From the NCBI GenBank assembly GCA_044870765.1, contig JBIOZG010000028.1, forward strand, positions 16,736-80,735: DNA of 64,000 nucleotides, read 5' to 3'. The position numbers and the translations under genes are program-made. Below, in pieces: positions 30,828-41,809 of this stretch. Position 1 is the first letter of the stretch, and every line of letters starts with the position of its first letter. The stretch is from Nitrososphaeraceae archaeon (GTDB lineage Archaea > Thermoproteota > Nitrososphaeria > Nitrososphaerales > Nitrososphaeraceae). A model generated the notes under the pieces. The model ran no database searches. It was given only the letters and a program-made list of their open reading frames with translations, and had not been told where the DNA came from.

Positions 30828-31199
30828 TTATGAGCCCATCATTCCTGGCATCTTAATGGGAGTTCGATATCCTGCTGTAATATTTATCCCATTGTCCGCA
30901 ATTATTCTGACAACATTCAAGTTACTTCCTTCCGGAGGCGAGAGTGATATTTTGTCTCCGGGATTAATAGTTTGAATTGTTTCGTTTTTAACTCCATAAA
31001 ATACTTTAACATTAGTAATTGGATCTTTTCCTGCGTTTGTTAGGATTATCCTGCTATTTGTAAAAAGTGACTGGTCCTCCCTCATTGCATCGACTTCCAG
31101 AACATAGTCAGGACGTTGATAGTACTGAATCACAAAATAAATGATAATAGATATCGAAACTACTCCTGCAACGCAATAGAGAAGACTCAGTTTCTTCAA
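30828..31199 (-). CDS. Membrane-anchored hypothetical protein
   Basis: N-terminal TM, Ig-like NAG..PITNV, C-terminal YRTPIKMPGMMGS. Confidence 0.7.
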   Translation of the reverse strand: MKKLSLLYCVAGVVSISIIIYFVIQYYQRPDYVLEVDAMREDQSLFTNSRIILTNAGKDPITNVKVFYGVKNETIQTINPGDKISLSPPEGSNLNVVRIIADNGINITAGYRTPIKMPGMMGS

Positions 31200-31311
31200 T
31201 TCAGATTAATTTAATTTTCAAATATTTAAGCAATTTACTGGACCTATATACACAAACAGTCGCCAGTCACTATTTGTCCAAATGTGCGGTAAAATTTATT
31301 GTAAGGTTATT

Positions 31312-32742
31312 CTAGACTTCTCCCTTTACTTCAACCCGAGTCTTGAACACAGGCTTTATTCCTAGTGGCTTGTAATTACCAGTAGAACAAGAAAAGCACA
31401 ACTCCTTTTCATTAATCTCGATAGCCTCTGCCAAAGTAACGGTATCATTGTAAATTACTTTATCCGCCCCAATGCTTTTTGCAATTTCAGATTCGAGTTG
31501 AAGATCACCGTGTTGTTGATTCTGGAACGCCAAAAGTTCATCTTGGGACGGGAAATCAATTCCTGCATAGCATGGATATTTTATTGGTGGAAAAGTAACT
31601 ATGAGTGTAATCTTTGATGCGCCGGCAGTCCGTAGAATCTTTATGATGGATTGTGAACTTGTACCTCTAACTATGCTATCGTCAATTACTACTACGTTTT
31701 TACTTTTGATTACTTCTGGTATTGGAATAATGCCCTTGTTAATTTCAATACGCTCTCCATGATAAGGTTCAATAAAGCTTCTCATCGAACCCTTCTTCCT
31801 ATATCTGTCTTTTAATAAACCCTCTTCGAAATGGATTCCGAGTTCTTCGGCGTAACCTAGGGCCGCAGGTCTGGCCGAATCTGGAACTGGTATGACTACG
31901 TCCGCATCATGGACGGGATATTTTCTTGCTAGATTGTGTCCCATTTTTTTCCTGGCCTCATATACGTTTACTCCTTCCATGACAGAACTTGGATGTGCGA
32001 AATAAGTAAATTCAAAAGCACAATGTGCATGATATTCACTAGTAGAAAATTGTTGTCTTTCGATACCCTTTGAGCTTAGTTTCAACAATTCTCCAGGTTG
32101 GATATCACCTATAAGTTTACCACCAACGGTATCAATAGCACATGATTCGGATGATATCATATATGTATTCGACTCTTCAATATGACCTAGTACTAGAGGT
32201 CTGAATCCACGTGTATCCCGGACAGCATAAACCGAACCATCATCGGTTAAAAGCGTAAAGCAAAAAGAGCCTATCATTTCCTCTTTTAATACCCGAAGTG
32301 CTTCAACCATATTATCATTTTTTTCAAGATGCATCATTAATCTTTGTGCGGCCAGTAGTGTATCCGTCATTGTTTGTGGAGAAAAAGTGCATCCTCCTAC
32401 CATGTTTGATAATTCTTCGACGTTGGCTATGGTGCCGTTATGCGCTATGCACAGATCTTTGATTTTTAGAGGCTGTGCATTATCTAAATTACTCTTTCCA
32501 AATGTAGAATATCTTACATGACCAATAGCAGCATGAGAATTGAATTTTCTAATGATACTTCTAAAATTTCTTGATGCAGATACCAAGCCCAAATTTTTGT
32601 AAGGAGCTTTTGATGGTACGGCGAAACCCCAAGCCTCTTGTCCCCTGTGCTGTAGAGAACGCAACGAATCAATTACATATGGTACCACATTATGGTGATC
32701 CAGAGAAAAAAAACCGACGACTCCACAATTCTCATGAACCAT
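31312..32742 (-). CDS. purF: Amidophosphoribosyltransferase
   Basis: CGVVG, QHRGQE, GHVRYST, HNG, VIDDSIVRGT. Confidence 0.97.
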   Translation of the reverse strand: MVHENCGVVGFFSLDHHNVVPYVIDSLRSLQHRGQEAWGFAVPSKAPYKNLGLVSASRNFRSIIRKFNSHAAIGHVRYSTFGKSNLDNAQPLKIKDLCIAHNGTIANVEELSNMVGGCTFSPQTMTDTLLAAQRLMMHLEKNDNMVEALRVLKEEMIGSFCFTLLTDDGSVYAVRDTRGFRPLVLGHIEESNTYMISSESCAIDTVGGKLIGDIQPGELLKLSSKGIERQQFSTSEYHAHCAFEFTYFAHPSSVMEGVNVYEARKKMGHNLARKYPVHDADVVIPVPDSARPAALGYAEELGIHFEEGLLKDRYRKKGSMRSFIEPYHGERIEINKGIIPIPEVIKSKNVVVIDDSIVRGTSSQSIIKILRTAGASKITLIVTFPPIKYPCYAGIDFPSQDELLAFQNQQHGDLQLESEIAKSIGADKVIYNDTVTLAEAIEINEKELCFSCSTGNYKPLGIKPVFKTRVEVKGEV

Positions 32743-32799
32743 TATCGATCATCTCTTCTTGATCCATTTAATTAAAACTTACTCCAAATAAATTTGTGA

Positions 32800-34971
32800 C
32801 TAGGAGCCATCCATTATTTTACTCATTGTGTTGTAGGCTTTCTCTAAATCGCTGACCGTTAATTCTATTATTTGATCACCCGAGTCGCGTAAATTCAATG
32901 TCCTAGTTCCATCGACCTTACCTATTTTAGAAAAAACACATTTTCGAGTTTTTAATATTCTTTTAACTTTATCTGCTTGATTGGTCCCAATGATAAACCT
33001 GGAATGGCTTTCCGAAAATAGCAAGTGGTCATGTCGTTTGCAATTATTTGGAATTCGTTCCAAGTCAATGTCTATTCCTAGATTACTGGAAATGGCTAAT
33101 TCAGCTAGCGCAATTCCGATTCCGCCTTTTGAACAATCATGCACGAAATTGATCAATCCTTTATGTATCAATGCCAGCACGGCCAATCCATTTTTCTTGT
33201 CAATTTCCAAGTCTACCATTGGTACTTTTCCGTATTCGGGGCGAGACGTTGAATGAAAGTATTCGGAACCGCCTAATTCATCCTTTGTTTGTCCTATGAT
33301 AAATAGCGTATCTCCTAAATTTGCAACATTGCTAGTAATATGCCTTCGATCTCTGATTAACCCAATAGTGCCAATTACAGGTGATGGTTTAATAGGAGAG
33401 TTCATTGTTTCATTGTAAAAACTGACCTTTCCCCCTACTACAGGGATGCGCATAAATTTACAAAAGTCTATTATCGCTTCAATTGACTTCATGAACGTCC
33501 AATATATTTGAGGATTTTCTGGACTACCAAACTGCAGATGATCTATAATTCCAATTGGTTCTGCTCCTGTAGATATAACGTTTCTGCACCCCTCCGACAA
33601 ACAGCCTAATGTTCCTTGATAAGGATCAAGATAACAGTGTTTTGAATTTCCATCTAATTTTATAGATACAAATTTGTTGTCGTTTACTCTTATGACTGAC
33701 CCATTAGCTCCAGGCTTTATAACCGTTCTCAGACCTACTTCATGATCGTATTGTTGAAATATCCAATCTTTATTACCAACTGTAAGATTTGACAGTAATC
33801 GAAGTAATGTTCCATTATAATCATCCACCTTGTGATGACGACTCTTCTTATTTGGACTTTTCAGGTATTTTGGTTTCTTTGAGTTTCTATTGGCAGGAGG
33901 TGCATTAACCATCAAATTGCATGATATATTGGCAATTGGTTTTTCTCGGTAGAGGATTCTCAAATTATCATTACCATTTACCTTACCAATAATCGAATAC
34001 GTTATGCCATACTTGTTGAATATATCTTCAAATTTAGATAATTTTTCTTTGCTTATGATGTATACCATTCTTTCCTGTGACTCTGAAATCATTATCTCGT
34101 TTGGCGAAAGATCAGGTATTTTGGTATGAACTGCGGATAACTCAACCTCAATTCCCTTCTCTACTAGGTCGGACAACTCAGAAAGACAACAAGATAATCC
34201 TCCTCCTCCGAGATCTTTCATGGCATTAATACACTTGCTATCTGATGCTTCTATTGTAGCCTCAATCAATAATTTCTCCAAAAATGGATCGGGAATTTGA
34301 ACAGCAGATCTATCTTCTTCGTCATCGAGTAGTTTTGAGGCAAAAGAGGCTCCTCGTATTCCATCTTTTCCTGTCGGATTCCCGGCAAGTATTACAAGGT
34401 CATCGTCTTGTGCATGATTGGATATAACCTGATTCTTCTTGCCAAGACCAATTGCGGCAACATCCACCAGGCAGTAATTCCTGAAGGAGTTATCAAATTC
34501 TAGGTCCCCCCCAACAGTAGGAATACCTATGCAATTACCGTAATCAGCAATCCCATTTACAACATTTTTAAACAACCACTTCGACTTTGACGCGTTACTC
34601 TCTTCAACCAACGAAGAAAATCGGAGTGCATCTAATAGCGCAATTGGCCTTGTTCCCATCGAAATAATGTCCCTTATCACTCCACCTACGCCGGTTGCGG
34701 CACCTCCGTATGGCTCAACAGCTGAAGGATGATTATGGCTTTCAATATGAACGGTTATTACGTCTTCATCACCGATATCCAATACACCCGCATCATATCC
34801 TGGACCGACTATTACCCTTTTACCGCGTGATGGTAATGATCTTACAAATTTTTTCGATGACTTGTATGAACAATGTTCAGACCATTCGGCATCTATCATG
34901 TCAATTTCTAAAAGATTGGGTTTCCTGCCCAATTTTTTTAACAGATGAATTTCTTCTTTTTTTGTTAGCAT
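32800..34971 (-). CDS. purL: FGAM synthase large subunit
   Basis: WSEHCSYKSS, ESHNHPS, SESQERM, QYDHEVG. Confidence 0.98.
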   Translation of the reverse strand: MLTKKEEIHLLKKLGRKPNLLEIDMIDAEWSEHCSYKSSKKFVRSLPSRGKRVIVGPGYDAGVLDIGDEDVITVHIESHNHPSAVEPYGGAATGVGGVIRDIISMGTRPIALLDALRFSSLVEESNASKSKWLFKNVVNGIADYGNCIGIPTVGGDLEFDNSFRNYCLVDVAAIGLGKKNQVISNHAQDDDLVILAGNPTGKDGIRGASFASKLLDDEEDRSAVQIPDPFLEKLLIEATIEASDSKCINAMKDLGGGGLSCCLSELSDLVEKGIEVELSAVHTKIPDLSPNEIMISESQERMVYIISKEKLSKFEDIFNKYGITYSIIGKVNGNDNLRILYREKPIANISCNLMVNAPPANRNSKKPKYLKSPNKKSRHHKVDDYNGTLLRLLSNLTVGNKDWIFQQYDHEVGLRTVIKPGANGSVIRVNDNKFVSIKLDGNSKHCYLDPYQGTLGCLSEGCRNVISTGAEPIGIIDHLQFGSPENPQIYWTFMKSIEAIIDFCKFMRIPVVGGKVSFYNETMNSPIKPSPVIGTIGLIRDRRHITSNVANLGDTLFIIGQTKDELGGSEYFHSTSRPEYGKVPMVDLEIDKKNGLAVLALIHKGLINFVHDCSKGGIGIALAELAISSNLGIDIDLERIPNNCKRHDHLLFSESHSRFIIGTNQADKVKRILKTRKCVFSKIGKVDGTRTLNLRDSGDQIIELTVSDLEKAYNTMSKIMDGS

Positions 34972-34986
34972 TCTATATCAATTGAA

Positions 34987-35679
34987 TCAATTCTTTATGT
35001 ATTGAGTTAAAAAATTTTTTAACGATAGAAATATCAATCCTGCATTACTATTTGTTTTGTTGGGTGAAAGGATTGATTCTGATGCCCGCTCAGGATGCGG
35101 CATTAATCCCATAACGTTTCCCCTTTTATTGCAAACAGCTGCAATCATCTCAGTCGATCCATTAGGATTTTGATCTTTATACTTGAAAACAATCTGGTTA
35201 TTTTGATGTAGCTCATTTATCTTCTCATCATCTATTACATATCTGCCCTCTCCATGCGCAATAGGTATTTTGATTTCATCGTTTAACCTAAACAAATTGG
35301 TAAATGGAGTGTTAACATTTAACACCTCCATTTCTAACCACTTGCAAGAAAATTTTAATTTATCATTTTTAACTAGTGCCCCAGGTAGTAATCCGGCTTC
35401 GACTAATATTTGGAATCCGTTGCAAATTCCAAGAATTGGTAATCCTTCGTCAGCTTTTTTCATTATTGCATCGACTATGGGGCTTTTAGCTGCTATGACT
35501 CCTGCCCGTAGTCTATCTCCGTACGAGAATCCCCCAGGTAAAATTAGAGCGTCATAGTCATCTATCGTTTTGTCTGTGTGCCAAATATATTGAGCACTAA
35601 TTCCTATGACATTATTTAGTATATGGTGCACATCTCGGTCGCAGTTACTCCCTGGAAAAACAACTATTCCTGCCTTCAC
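34987..35679 (-). CDS. purQ: FGAM synthase glutaminase subunit
   Basis: FPGSNCD, GICNGFQ, MPHPER. Confidence 0.98.
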   Translation of the reverse strand: MKAGIVVFPGSNCDRDVHHILNNVIGISAQYIWHTDKTIDDYDALILPGGFSYGDRLRAGVIAAKSPIVDAIMKKADEGLPILGICNGFQILVEAGLLPGALVKNDKLKFSCKWLEMEVLNVNTPFTNLFRLNDEIKIPIAHGEGRYVIDDEKINELHQNNQIVFKYKDQNPNGSTEMIAAVCNKRGNVMGLMPHPERASESILSPNKTNSNAGLIFLSLKNFLTQYIKN

Positions 35680-35822
35680 TTGGACTCCACCTTAACTGAC
35701 AGGAACTAGTAATTTTAATTTATTTGTAATGCCAAGGTTAGTTTGTTAGAATGTGAACAATAATACACACACTGTCATTTGCGGACTTAGGTTTTTATCT
35801 TGATGAGTATTAAGATTGTCTA

Positions 35823-36236
35823 TTGAACGATAGAGTACAGGATATAATGACAAAGAACGTGATTTCGATTGATGAAGGTATTACAGCTAAGGAAGCTGCG
35901 AATATCATGACTGAAAAACGCATAAGCTCTCTTATTGTGGAGAGAGAAAACGTTCCTATAGGTATAATCACTGAGAAGGATTTTGTCAAGAAAATCTGTA
36001 ATAAGGATCTAGTATCCTCAAAAGTTAAGGTAGGAACAATAATGTCAAAAATACAAACTTATGCAAGTCCTGATACTCCAGTAGAAGTAGCTGTACAAAG
36101 GATGGTCAATCACAAAATACGCAGATTGCCCATACTATCAGACGGAAAGGTTGTTGGTATTGTCTCTGTTACTGATCTGGCAAGACAACTGAGAACAATT
36201 CTACTGGTTGATGGCATCTTGTCAGAGGAAACCTGA
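35823..36236 (+). CDS. CBS-pair protein
   Basis: Two CBS repeats (GIITEKD, IRRLPI...GIVS). Confidence 0.92.
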   Translation: MNDRVQDIMTKNVISIDEGITAKEAANIMTEKRISSLIVERENVPIGIITEKDFVKKICNKDLVSSKVKVGTIMSKIQTYASPDTPVEVAVQRMVNHKIRRLPILSDGKVVGIVSVTDLARQLRTILLVDGILSEET

Positions 36237-36302
36237 GTATAAAAGATATGTGAATGACCCATAGGCAAAATATAATAATTACAAAGTACTTTTGTTCTGA
36301 GT

Positions 36303-37484
36303 ATGAAAAAATTATTTGCCATTTCTTTACTTATTCTGACAATTGCAATTATGCTACAAAATAATTTATTATATGCACAACCATCAGTAAAAGATCCTAA
36401 TCTTAAAGTAGAGTCTTTCGTAAGTGGAATTGCATCTCCTACCAGTATGTTATTTGTGGATGAAAATAATATTTTGGTATTAGAAAAAGATGGAAATGTA
36501 AGACTGATTAGCAACGGAATGCTTCAATCACAGCCATTGGTATCTCTAAGTGTTGATACTAAGAATGAACGAGGACTACTGGGAATAGAAAAAGTTGGTG
36601 AAAATGTATTTTTGTACGCTACGGTAAAGGACGGTCAGCTGATAAACAGAATATACAAATACATCTTGGTACCTGGTCCGGAGCTAACAAATGAACAAGA
36701 ATTTATGGATCTTCCTGGAACTCCTGCTACCAATCATCAAGGAGGAAAATTAGTTGCAAGTAATGATGGATACCTATATTCAGTAACTGGAGAGTTACAA
36801 CGCAACGGAAAAGATCAAAATATAGTTAATGGTCCTGATCCGGACTTTAGTGGCGCAATTTTAAAAACTAATGCAAACGATGGTTCTCCGGCACCTAATA
36901 ATCCCTTCAAGAGTGACAACTCTAATGATCCTATAAATTGGTATCAAGCGTATGGAATAAGAAACAGCTTTGGACTAGGCATAGATCCTGTTACTGGAGC
37001 CTTATGGGACACGGAAAATGGTGAACAAACGTTCGATGAAATTAATCTAGTTAGTCCTGGATTCAATAGTGGCTGGAAATTAACAATGGGTCCAATATCG
37101 GAGAGTGGAATTTCCCAGGATGATTTGGTGAATTTTCCAGATTCAAATTACAAGGATCCTATATTGAGTTTCAGGAATTCTATTGGCATCACTGATATTG
37201 AATTCTTGAATTCGGATAAATTGGGGATAGAATATGCAAATAATGCATTTGTAGGTGATTTTAGCTATGGTAATCTGTACAGATTCGAGTTAAACGAAGA
37301 GAGAGTAGATTTCAAATTTAGCGATCCGGGACTTGAAGATCGCGTGATCGATAATAACAAAGAACTCGATTCGTTGATATTTGGCGAGGGCTTCTCAGGG
37401 ATAACTGATATAAAGACAGGACCTGATGGATTGCTCTATGTGCTATCATTTGAGGATGGTACGATTTACAGAATTAGTAAGTAA
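36303..37484 (+). CDS. Secreted PQQ-dependent sugar dehydrogenase (GSDH family)
   Basis: ERGLLGI, HQGG, YGIRNSFG, DEIN, GPDG. Confidence 0.9.
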   Translation: MKKLFAISLLILTIAIMLQNNLLYAQPSVKDPNLKVESFVSGIASPTSMLFVDENNILVLEKDGNVRLISNGMLQSQPLVSLSVDTKNERGLLGIEKVGENVFLYATVKDGQLINRIYKYILVPGPELTNEQEFMDLPGTPATNHQGGKLVASNDGYLYSVTGELQRNGKDQNIVNGPDPDFSGAILKTNANDGSPAPNNPFKSDNSNDPINWYQAYGIRNSFGLGIDPVTGALWDTENGEQTFDEINLVSPGFNSGWKLTMGPISESGISQDDLVNFPDSNYKDPILSFRNSIGITDIEFLNSDKLGIEYANNAFVGDFSYGNLYRFELNEERVDFKFSDPGLEDRVIDNNKELDSLIFGEGFSGITDIKTGPDGLLYVLSFEDGTIYRISK

Positions 37485-37555
37485 AATATGAAAAATTTTG
37501 GTATCTGAAAAGGATTTATGTTGAAGCAACCACCATTCTTATTTTTTCCAAAGAA

Positions 37556-39373
37556 TTAACCGTTATCAATTTGAAAAATTCTTATTTTTTGTCCGGCAAT
37601 TATTGCATTTAGTATCCTTCTTCCACTTTCCGATCTCTTGTCTATTTTGATTCTCGATTTCTTTCCAACTTGGTTTGCACAAACAAATTCATCATCAATA
37701 TGCAAATTTACTTTGTTACCAATTGTTTCTTCGTCTAGCTTTATAACGACTCCGTTGCCAGATTCGCTTACTTCAAAGAAGATTTCTTTGCCCAGAGTAA
37801 GAGTCTTCATTTCTACATCTATTTTTACACCAAGCATGTCTTCAAGTTCGTTAATGGTTGTCCCTCCTTTTCCAATTATCCTAGGAATTACATCTTTCTG
37901 GACCTTAATTCTTACCTTGTTGTCCGATAGGATTGAAATCTCTGGGTTAGGATCAAATCGTCGTATTACATCTCTAATCTTCGATTCTGCAAGCTTGTAT
38001 ATTTTGTTCTTGTTGGCTTCGTCAGTTGGTTCAACAGGCACTATTACATTTTCTTCACCAAATGTATAAATCTCATATTCAGTTAGTCCGGTCGAAAAAT
38101 CTTTGACTTCTACTACCGGCCTAGCAAGATCAGCTTCTGTCATCTTGTAAGGTACTTTGACGGTGAGTGATATTTCATAGACCTTCTTCACCATGCCCGC
38201 ATCCATGAAAATTATTGTGTCTAGAATTTGAGGTATCATTCCTAATTCTATCCTGCCGATAAATCTCTGAACCGCATCCAATGGTTTGCTCGCATGGATC
38301 ACTCCAATCATTCCAACGCCCGCTAACTTCATATCAGAAAAAACTTGAAAATCTCTGTATCGTCTTATTTCATCAAAAATGGTATAGTCGGGACGCACAA
38401 GCAATAGAATATCGACGGCATTCTCGAAACTCCCTTCAAGTGGGCCGTATTGGGTTACCTCCTTAGGTACTTGTAAATCTCTGGGTGATTCAAAGGTTTT
38501 TACTATTTTATTTTGCGTGACATAAAACTCTGCAAGACTGCTTGCCAATGTACTCTTTCCAGATCCAGGAGGACCTGCTATAATTATTCCTTCTACATTT
38601 GATGTTAGCCGTGCTAACAGTTTTTCACTCAGTCCATAATCTTCTAATGTCAATTTCGCTATTGGTCTCACTACAGTAATTTCTTGGGATTCTGAGAATG
38701 GTTCTTTAGTAATTGCAATTCTATATTTACCCAATTGTATAACGGTAGCTCCATCCTTGTTAATTTCCCTCAAACCCTTTTTTAGGCGTGATTGTTCTAA
38801 AATTTCCTTTGTGATTTCATCAACTTCCTTGGATGAAAGTTTCTGATTTTCTAATTGTACAACCTTCAAGTTGCCGGGTACCCCTCTTTTTGCAAACGGG
38901 CATGTACCTTCCTTAAGATGAATACTCATGGTATCATTATCAAAGTATTTTTCAAACCGCAATTCTGAATCCTCTTTAGAGGAACTAAGGAGCATAGACT
39001 TTATTCCATGTGCCTCTGATACCAAATGTTGAACATAATCACACGTTATCAGAGTGGCATCGTTTTCTAGAGCAATGTCTTTTATTATCGCATCAATTCT
39101 TCCATGTTTTGCCAGTCTAATTTCTTCGATAGTTGGCCTTGTTCCAACAAATTCAAGATTTATTTTACTTGTCTTGCAAAGATCCCTTATCTTCTTTATT
39201 TGAAGCAATCCTTCTATTCCATGAGGTTTATTAGTGGAGGCCTGTGCTTGGAGTTCGTCAAGTACTGCTATGGGGATAATAATTTGGCTGTTAGGAGAAA
39301 TCCTGTCACGTAGAATATCTGGAACCTTGCCATCGATTATTACGCTTGTATCTAAAACGTATTTATCACTCAT
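37556..39373 (-). CDS. PIN-domain ATPase with KH domain (PINA-like)
   Basis: DTSVIIDG PIN, GPPGSGKST, RPDYTIFDE, IIGKGG KH. Confidence 0.92.
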   Translation of the reverse strand: MSDKYVLDTSVIIDGKVPDILRDRISPNSQIIIPIAVLDELQAQASTNKPHGIEGLLQIKKIRDLCKTSKINLEFVGTRPTIEEIRLAKHGRIDAIIKDIALENDATLITCDYVQHLVSEAHGIKSMLLSSSKEDSELRFEKYFDNDTMSIHLKEGTCPFAKRGVPGNLKVVQLENQKLSSKEVDEITKEILEQSRLKKGLREINKDGATVIQLGKYRIAITKEPFSESQEITVVRPIAKLTLEDYGLSEKLLARLTSNVEGIIIAGPPGSGKSTLASSLAEFYVTQNKIVKTFESPRDLQVPKEVTQYGPLEGSFENAVDILLLVRPDYTIFDEIRRYRDFQVFSDMKLAGVGMIGVIHASKPLDAVQRFIGRIELGMIPQILDTIIFMDAGMVKKVYEISLTVKVPYKMTEADLARPVVEVKDFSTGLTEYEIYTFGEENVIVPVEPTDEANKNKIYKLAESKIRDVIRRFDPNPEISILSDNKVRIKVQKDVIPRIIGKGGTTINELEDMLGVKIDVEMKTLTLGKEIFFEVSESGNGVVIKLDEETIGNKVNLHIDDEFVCANQVGKKSRIKIDKRSESGRRILNAIIAGQKIRIFQIDNG

Positions 39374-39466
39374 CTAAAATATAGTTAAGATTTGTAGATT
39401 AATGTGTCTTTTTATAATATTCGAGTAGTGCCTGACGTAAAAAAGCGAATTTACATAACTATGCCC

Positions 39467-41281
39467 TTAGGACTCATCGACATAAAAAATGGTCTGGCCA
39501 TTACTTCCACTATTTGACTGTGACAAGATGTTCAATATCAAACTAGGAATTTTTTCTTCATCCGGTTGGCTGCCTTCAATATTACCGGCTAGAATCAAGT
39601 TTTGTCTTATATTGGATTTTACCACATCCCGCAATTCCTGATTAACTGTTGCATTGAGAGGTCTCAGAGCGCCCCTGAAAATTTCTGACCTTGCCCTCAC
39701 GACGCCAGAAATCTTGTCTCCCACGGGAGAATCAGGGCCAATGATAATTACAGTTCCATTCGAGCCCTTGAACAAAGACGGCTCACTCAGTGCACCTTCG
39801 GGGACCATATGCACTACTGATTGTCTAGTTATTAATGCAGGAGCGAAAAGGTAATTTTCTACAATCTTATCCCACTGTGTTCTACTAAGTGACTTTAGTG
39901 CAGCTTCATAGTCATAATCTCCAGTCAAAAATACCACCCCATCTATCGCAGAAAATTTTTCGCGTACCACTCTCAGCATTTCCTTAACTGCTTGTTCATT
40001 TGACAAATTAACGGAATGAGCGTGGTACTCTTTGTAGTAACCCAAATCTTTGGGGTCTCCTGTTAGGATGACTAATTGTTTTATTTTTTTCACAAGAGAA
40101 TTTGCAATATTATTTGCTCGCTTTAGATCTTTTTCTTTTGAAGAGTTTACTACAAGCACAATAACTTTATTTGAAATATCACTTTCCTTCTGATAAATAA
40201 AGGTCCCGATTATTGGTCTTGTGGGATAGAATACTCTGTCGTTGGGTACGATTTTTCCGTTCAGTAACTTGCTCATCTTTTCAGATGACAGGTTAAGTAC
40301 CATTTCTGCTACCTGTTCCTGTGAGAGAAACTCGTTATCTACTATCATTTTCTTTGTATTCATTTGTATCTTTTCAGCAATTTGCTGAGTCTTTGATAAT
40401 AGCTCTCGTAATGATAAAGTGAGCTGAACTTTATCTTGTTCATTTTTTATCCTTTCATTAAATACTTGCTGCACGACCATCTCCATTTCTTTATCAATTG
40501 CAGTCTGTTCTTCTCCTAATACATTCAAAAGTCGATACAATGATTTCTCTATTTCAGCAGATGAAAGCCCAGAAAATCCCCCAATGCGTAAGAATTCAGC
40601 AGCTGCCTTAGGATACACAGTTTTGTATATACGATCTGAATGAACAGGTCCGGGATTTGTTGCTACTGATTGTATTCCATCAGGTACCAACTCCCATGCA
40701 AATGCTTCGGCTAGTCTATTTTTGGCCCCTTGAGCACTAGTATAAGGAGTTCTAAATCGATATGGGCGTTGTTCATACTTGTTTTCTTCTGTGAAAAAAG
40801 TAGAGATGGTAATTACCTTAGAGCCTTTTTGCATATTTTCAATGCATTTGATTGTCGTCCAAAATGTACCTGTTAGATGGATCATTACACATTCTTTGAA
40901 ATCTGAAAAATTTGAATTCGTGAAAAGTTTCACAGGTCCCGAAACTCCCGCATTATTTACAAGAATATCAACAGGACCTATTTCTTTTGCAATGGTGTTA
41001 AACATGTCCGTTATTGCCTGTTCATCTGATACATCAACACCCGGGAATATTTTGATTTTACCTGAACTTCCGACCTTTGAAATTATGCTTTGTAATTCAG
41101 ATTGCGTCTCTTCCAGTGGTTCTTTCCTCCTTCCAAGCAGTATAATACTAGCACCATTTTCTGCAAACTTCTTTGCGATAGCTTGCCCGATTCCAGTTCC
41201 ACTTCCAGTGACTACTACAACCTTGTTCGCAAAATCAAGTTCAACCAAGTATGACTCCATCCCCTTGAGGCATAAGTTCAA
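39467..41281 (-). CDS. Two-domain SDR, malonyl-CoA-reductase-like
   Basis: TGSGTGIG, NNAG, PYRFRTPY, PGPVHSDR, helical insert, second degenerate Rossmann domain. Confidence 0.75.
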   Translation of the reverse strand: MNLCLKGMESYLVELDFANKVVVVTGSGTGIGQAIAKKFAENGASIILLGRRKEPLEETQSELQSIISKVGSSGKIKIFPGVDVSDEQAITDMFNTIAKEIGPVDILVNNAGVSGPVKLFTNSNFSDFKECVMIHLTGTFWTTIKCIENMQKGSKVITISTFFTEENKYEQRPYRFRTPYTSAQGAKNRLAEAFAWELVPDGIQSVATNPGPVHSDRIYKTVYPKAAAEFLRIGGFSGLSSAEIEKSLYRLLNVLGEEQTAIDKEMEMVVQQVFNERIKNEQDKVQLTLSLRELLSKTQQIAEKIQMNTKKMIVDNEFLSQEQVAEMVLNLSSEKMSKLLNGKIVPNDRVFYPTRPIIGTFIYQKESDISNKVIVLVVNSSKEKDLKRANNIANSLVKKIKQLVILTGDPKDLGYYKEYHAHSVNLSNEQAVKEMLRVVREKFSAIDGVVFLTGDYDYEAALKSLSRTQWDKIVENYLFAPALITRQSVVHMVPEGALSEPSLFKGSNGTVIIIGPDSPVGDKISGVVRARSEIFRGALRPLNATVNQELRDVVKSNIRQNLILAGNIEGSQPDEEKIPSLILNILSQSNSGSNGQTIFYVDES

Positions 41282-41412
41282 GGCATATCTAATACATTAT
41301 TAAATATAACGAGCCATGGAGTACATTCAATTTAATATCTTGAAATCCTGAAAATTTTAGGAATTCAATAATTTTCACACAATTTATTTATCAGTATGAA
41401 AATAGAAAAAGC

Positions 41413-41694
41413 ATGTCTGATGAAGTACATGCGTCAACCGATTCCAATAATAAACATGAAGAGGAAGAAGAATCCGATACTTTCAAAAAACTGGACATAA
41501 ATGAAATTTTTGCCTCTCAGATGGTCGCTAATGGTTTGACCGCCGAAGCAATCCCGTTAGGTTCGCTGGAATTGGAGCGTGAAGATTATTACAACAATGA
41601 CATCGGTTCAAGTCCTCGGCTAATTACTAACCGTGGCTGTATAAGGGTAAAAGACAAGGAAATTAGCATTATTCAGATAATTCAACAGAACTGA
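41413..41694 (+). CDS. Hypothetical acidic protein
   Basis: 93 aa ORF with ATG. Confidence 0.5.
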   Translation: MSDEVHASTDSNNKHEEEEESDTFKKLDINEIFASQMVANGLTAEAIPLGSLELEREDYYNNDIGSSPRLITNRGCIRVKDKEISIIQIIQQN

Positions 41695-41809
41695 CCATGC
41701 ATTTTATTGGACGCCTATTTTTGAATTTATCAAGTTCCATTTAAGCTTTAGAAATCTTTAGTTCTATTTTCAACCTTAAAAAAAAGCACGTTGGTTGGAA
41801 CAATGTCGT

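Noticed and set aside
34987-35823. purS absent beside purQ/purL
   Set aside because: purS is often encoded elsewhere; not informative from one window
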